Source: an uncultured Mollicutes bacterium
GTDB lineage: Bacteria; Bacillota_I; Bacilli_A; Acholeplasmatales; Anaeroplasmataceae
NCBI GenBank assembly: GCA_900547045.1
Contig: URFB01000001.1
Location: 1 to 33,058, forward strand
Length of the DNA: 33,058 nucleotides
Direction: 5' to 3'
Numbering within the stretch: the stretch's first letter is position 1; the number at the start of each line of letters is the position of its first letter. Shown one piece after another: positions 32,488 to 33,058 of this stretch. The notes beneath the pieces are model-generated. The model was not told the origin of the DNA. It ran no database searches and was given only the letters and a program-made list of their open reading frames with translations. A program made the position numbers and the translations under genes.

Positions 32488-32868
32488 ATGAACGAAATTT
32501 TAATTAATATTATAAGTGTAGTAGTAACATCAATTGTGCTTCCTTTACTTTCAATAGCAGGAGCAAAATTAGTACAATTAATCAATTCTAAAATCAACAA
32601 TAACAAAGCCGCTAATTTCTTATCTACAGCGACTACGATAATCATTAATGCTGTTAGAACAGTATTTCAAACTTATGTAGAGGCCTTGAAGAAAGAAGAT
32701 AAGTTTGATGAAGCAAGTCAAAAGCTCGCTTTACTTAAAGCTAGAGATATTGCACTTAATCAAATGACTGACGATGTTAAGAATTACATCACTTCAACTT
32801 ATGGTGATTTGGATACTTGGATAAACACCAATATTGAAGCAACAATTAATATTTTAAAAAATAAATAA
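32488..32868 (+). CDS. Holin (LL-H family-like)
   Basis: N-terminal transmembrane helix and a helical soluble part of ~126 aa (…AVRTVFQTYVEALKKEDKFDEASQK…), as in Holin_LLH proteins. Confidence 0.6.
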   Translation: MNEILINIISVVVTSIVLPLLSIAGAKLVQLINSKINNNKAANFLSTATTIIINAVRTVFQTYVEALKKEDKFDEASQKLALLKARDIALNQMTDDVKNYITSTYGDLDTWINTNIEATINILKNK

Positions 32869-32939
32869 TTTAGTCAATGTCAAGACTTGTTATAAACTTT
32901 TTTAATGGTAGAATTTTATCTTGTTAAGAGGTGCTTAAG

Positions 32940-33058
32940 ATGTATGATGTTAATGTTTTTGTTTATGGACCTGAAGGTGAAGACCTTAGCTTCAGCAGGA
33001 TCTGTAACAAGGAAGAGTTAAATGAATTATTGAAGTGTTATGATAAGAACGATTTAAA
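32940..33058 (+). CDS. Partial hypothetical CDS running off the right edge
   Basis: AAGAGGTG SD, then an ATG at 32940. Translation: MYDVNVFVYGPEGEDLSFSRICNKEELNELLKCYDKNDL... No family recognised and no lysin motif. Confidence 0.35.
   Translation, partial: MYDVNVFVYGPEGEDLSFSRICNKEELNELLKCYDKNDL

Larger units (their letters stand above)
233..33058. mobile_element. Temperate siphovirus-type prophage. The integrase end is at the left; the right end is beyond the window.
   Basis: Colinear lysogeny, replication, packaging, HK97-type head, non-contractile tail (tape measure, no sheath gene) and holin modules. Confidence 0.9.

Noticed and set aside
1-33058. Search for tRNA/tmRNA genes (T-loop GGTTCGAATCC-like words), transposases/IS ends, toxin-antitoxin pairs and classical defence operons
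   Set aside because: No T-loop or acceptor-stem pattern was found. The TTCGAA occurrences at 1192, 17035, 17072 and 18035 are not in a tRNA context. I recognised no transposase, HEPN, TIR, Sir2, reverse-transcriptase or cyclase motifs in any frame I inspected.

Overview
AT-rich DNA with strong AGGAGG-type Shine-Dalgarno sites and several TTG/GTG starts, typical of Bacillota. The extreme left holds a start-less host-type hsdS fragment. The rest of the window is one temperate siphovirus-type prophage whose right end lies beyond the window. Order from left to right: (1) tyrosine integrase and XRE repressor on the minus strand (233-1780). (2) A 0.5-kb switch region. (3) A plus-strand early/replication module (2277-10435): sigma-region-4-like protein, Cas4-like DUF2800 nuclease, AAA_24/Sak4-like ATPase, DUF669-like protein, SF2 DEAH helicase, PriCT/AEP-primase plus RepA-like helicase fusion, RusA, and a sigma-r4/ArpU-like regulator. 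(4) A repeat-dense non-coding stretch with a candidate late promoter and leader terminator (10436-10883). (5) An accessory island (10884-16967): GP3-like HTH protein, ParB-N6-methyltransferase fusion, full-length SAM synthetase, HNH endonuclease and a DUF4177-like mini-protein. It ends in a five-gene cassette (DUF4314-like / 72-aa protein / Amidoligase_2 / AIG2-GGCT-like cyclotransferase / 4-Cys zinc ribbon) preceded by a triplicated promoter-like element. (6) A packaging and head module: P27-type TerS, an intercalated BppU_N-like plus BspA-type LRR protein, TerL, and HK97-type portal, protease and capsid. (7) A ~0.4-kb purine-rich tandem-repeat array with no credible ORF, between the capsid and connector genes. 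(8) Head-tail joining genes, major tail, chaperone pair, 856-aa tape measure, Dit, Tal-like protein and fibre/RBP. (9) A Pol-beta-type nucleotidyltransferase moron and two holin-like genes. Seven gene junctions use a TAATG stop/start overlap (4317, 17430, 24149, 25772, 28895, 29719, 32184), consistent with translational coupling. I saw no tRNA/rRNA, CRISPR array, transposase or recognisable endolysin. The best candidates for undescribed biology are the phage-borne amidoligase/GGCT cassette, the non-coding purine-rich repeat array inside the structural operon, the LRR gene wedged between terS and terL, the nucleotidyltransferase moron, and the hsdS fragment fused to the integrase gene. All family assignments come from motif recognition by eye. 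No database search was run.
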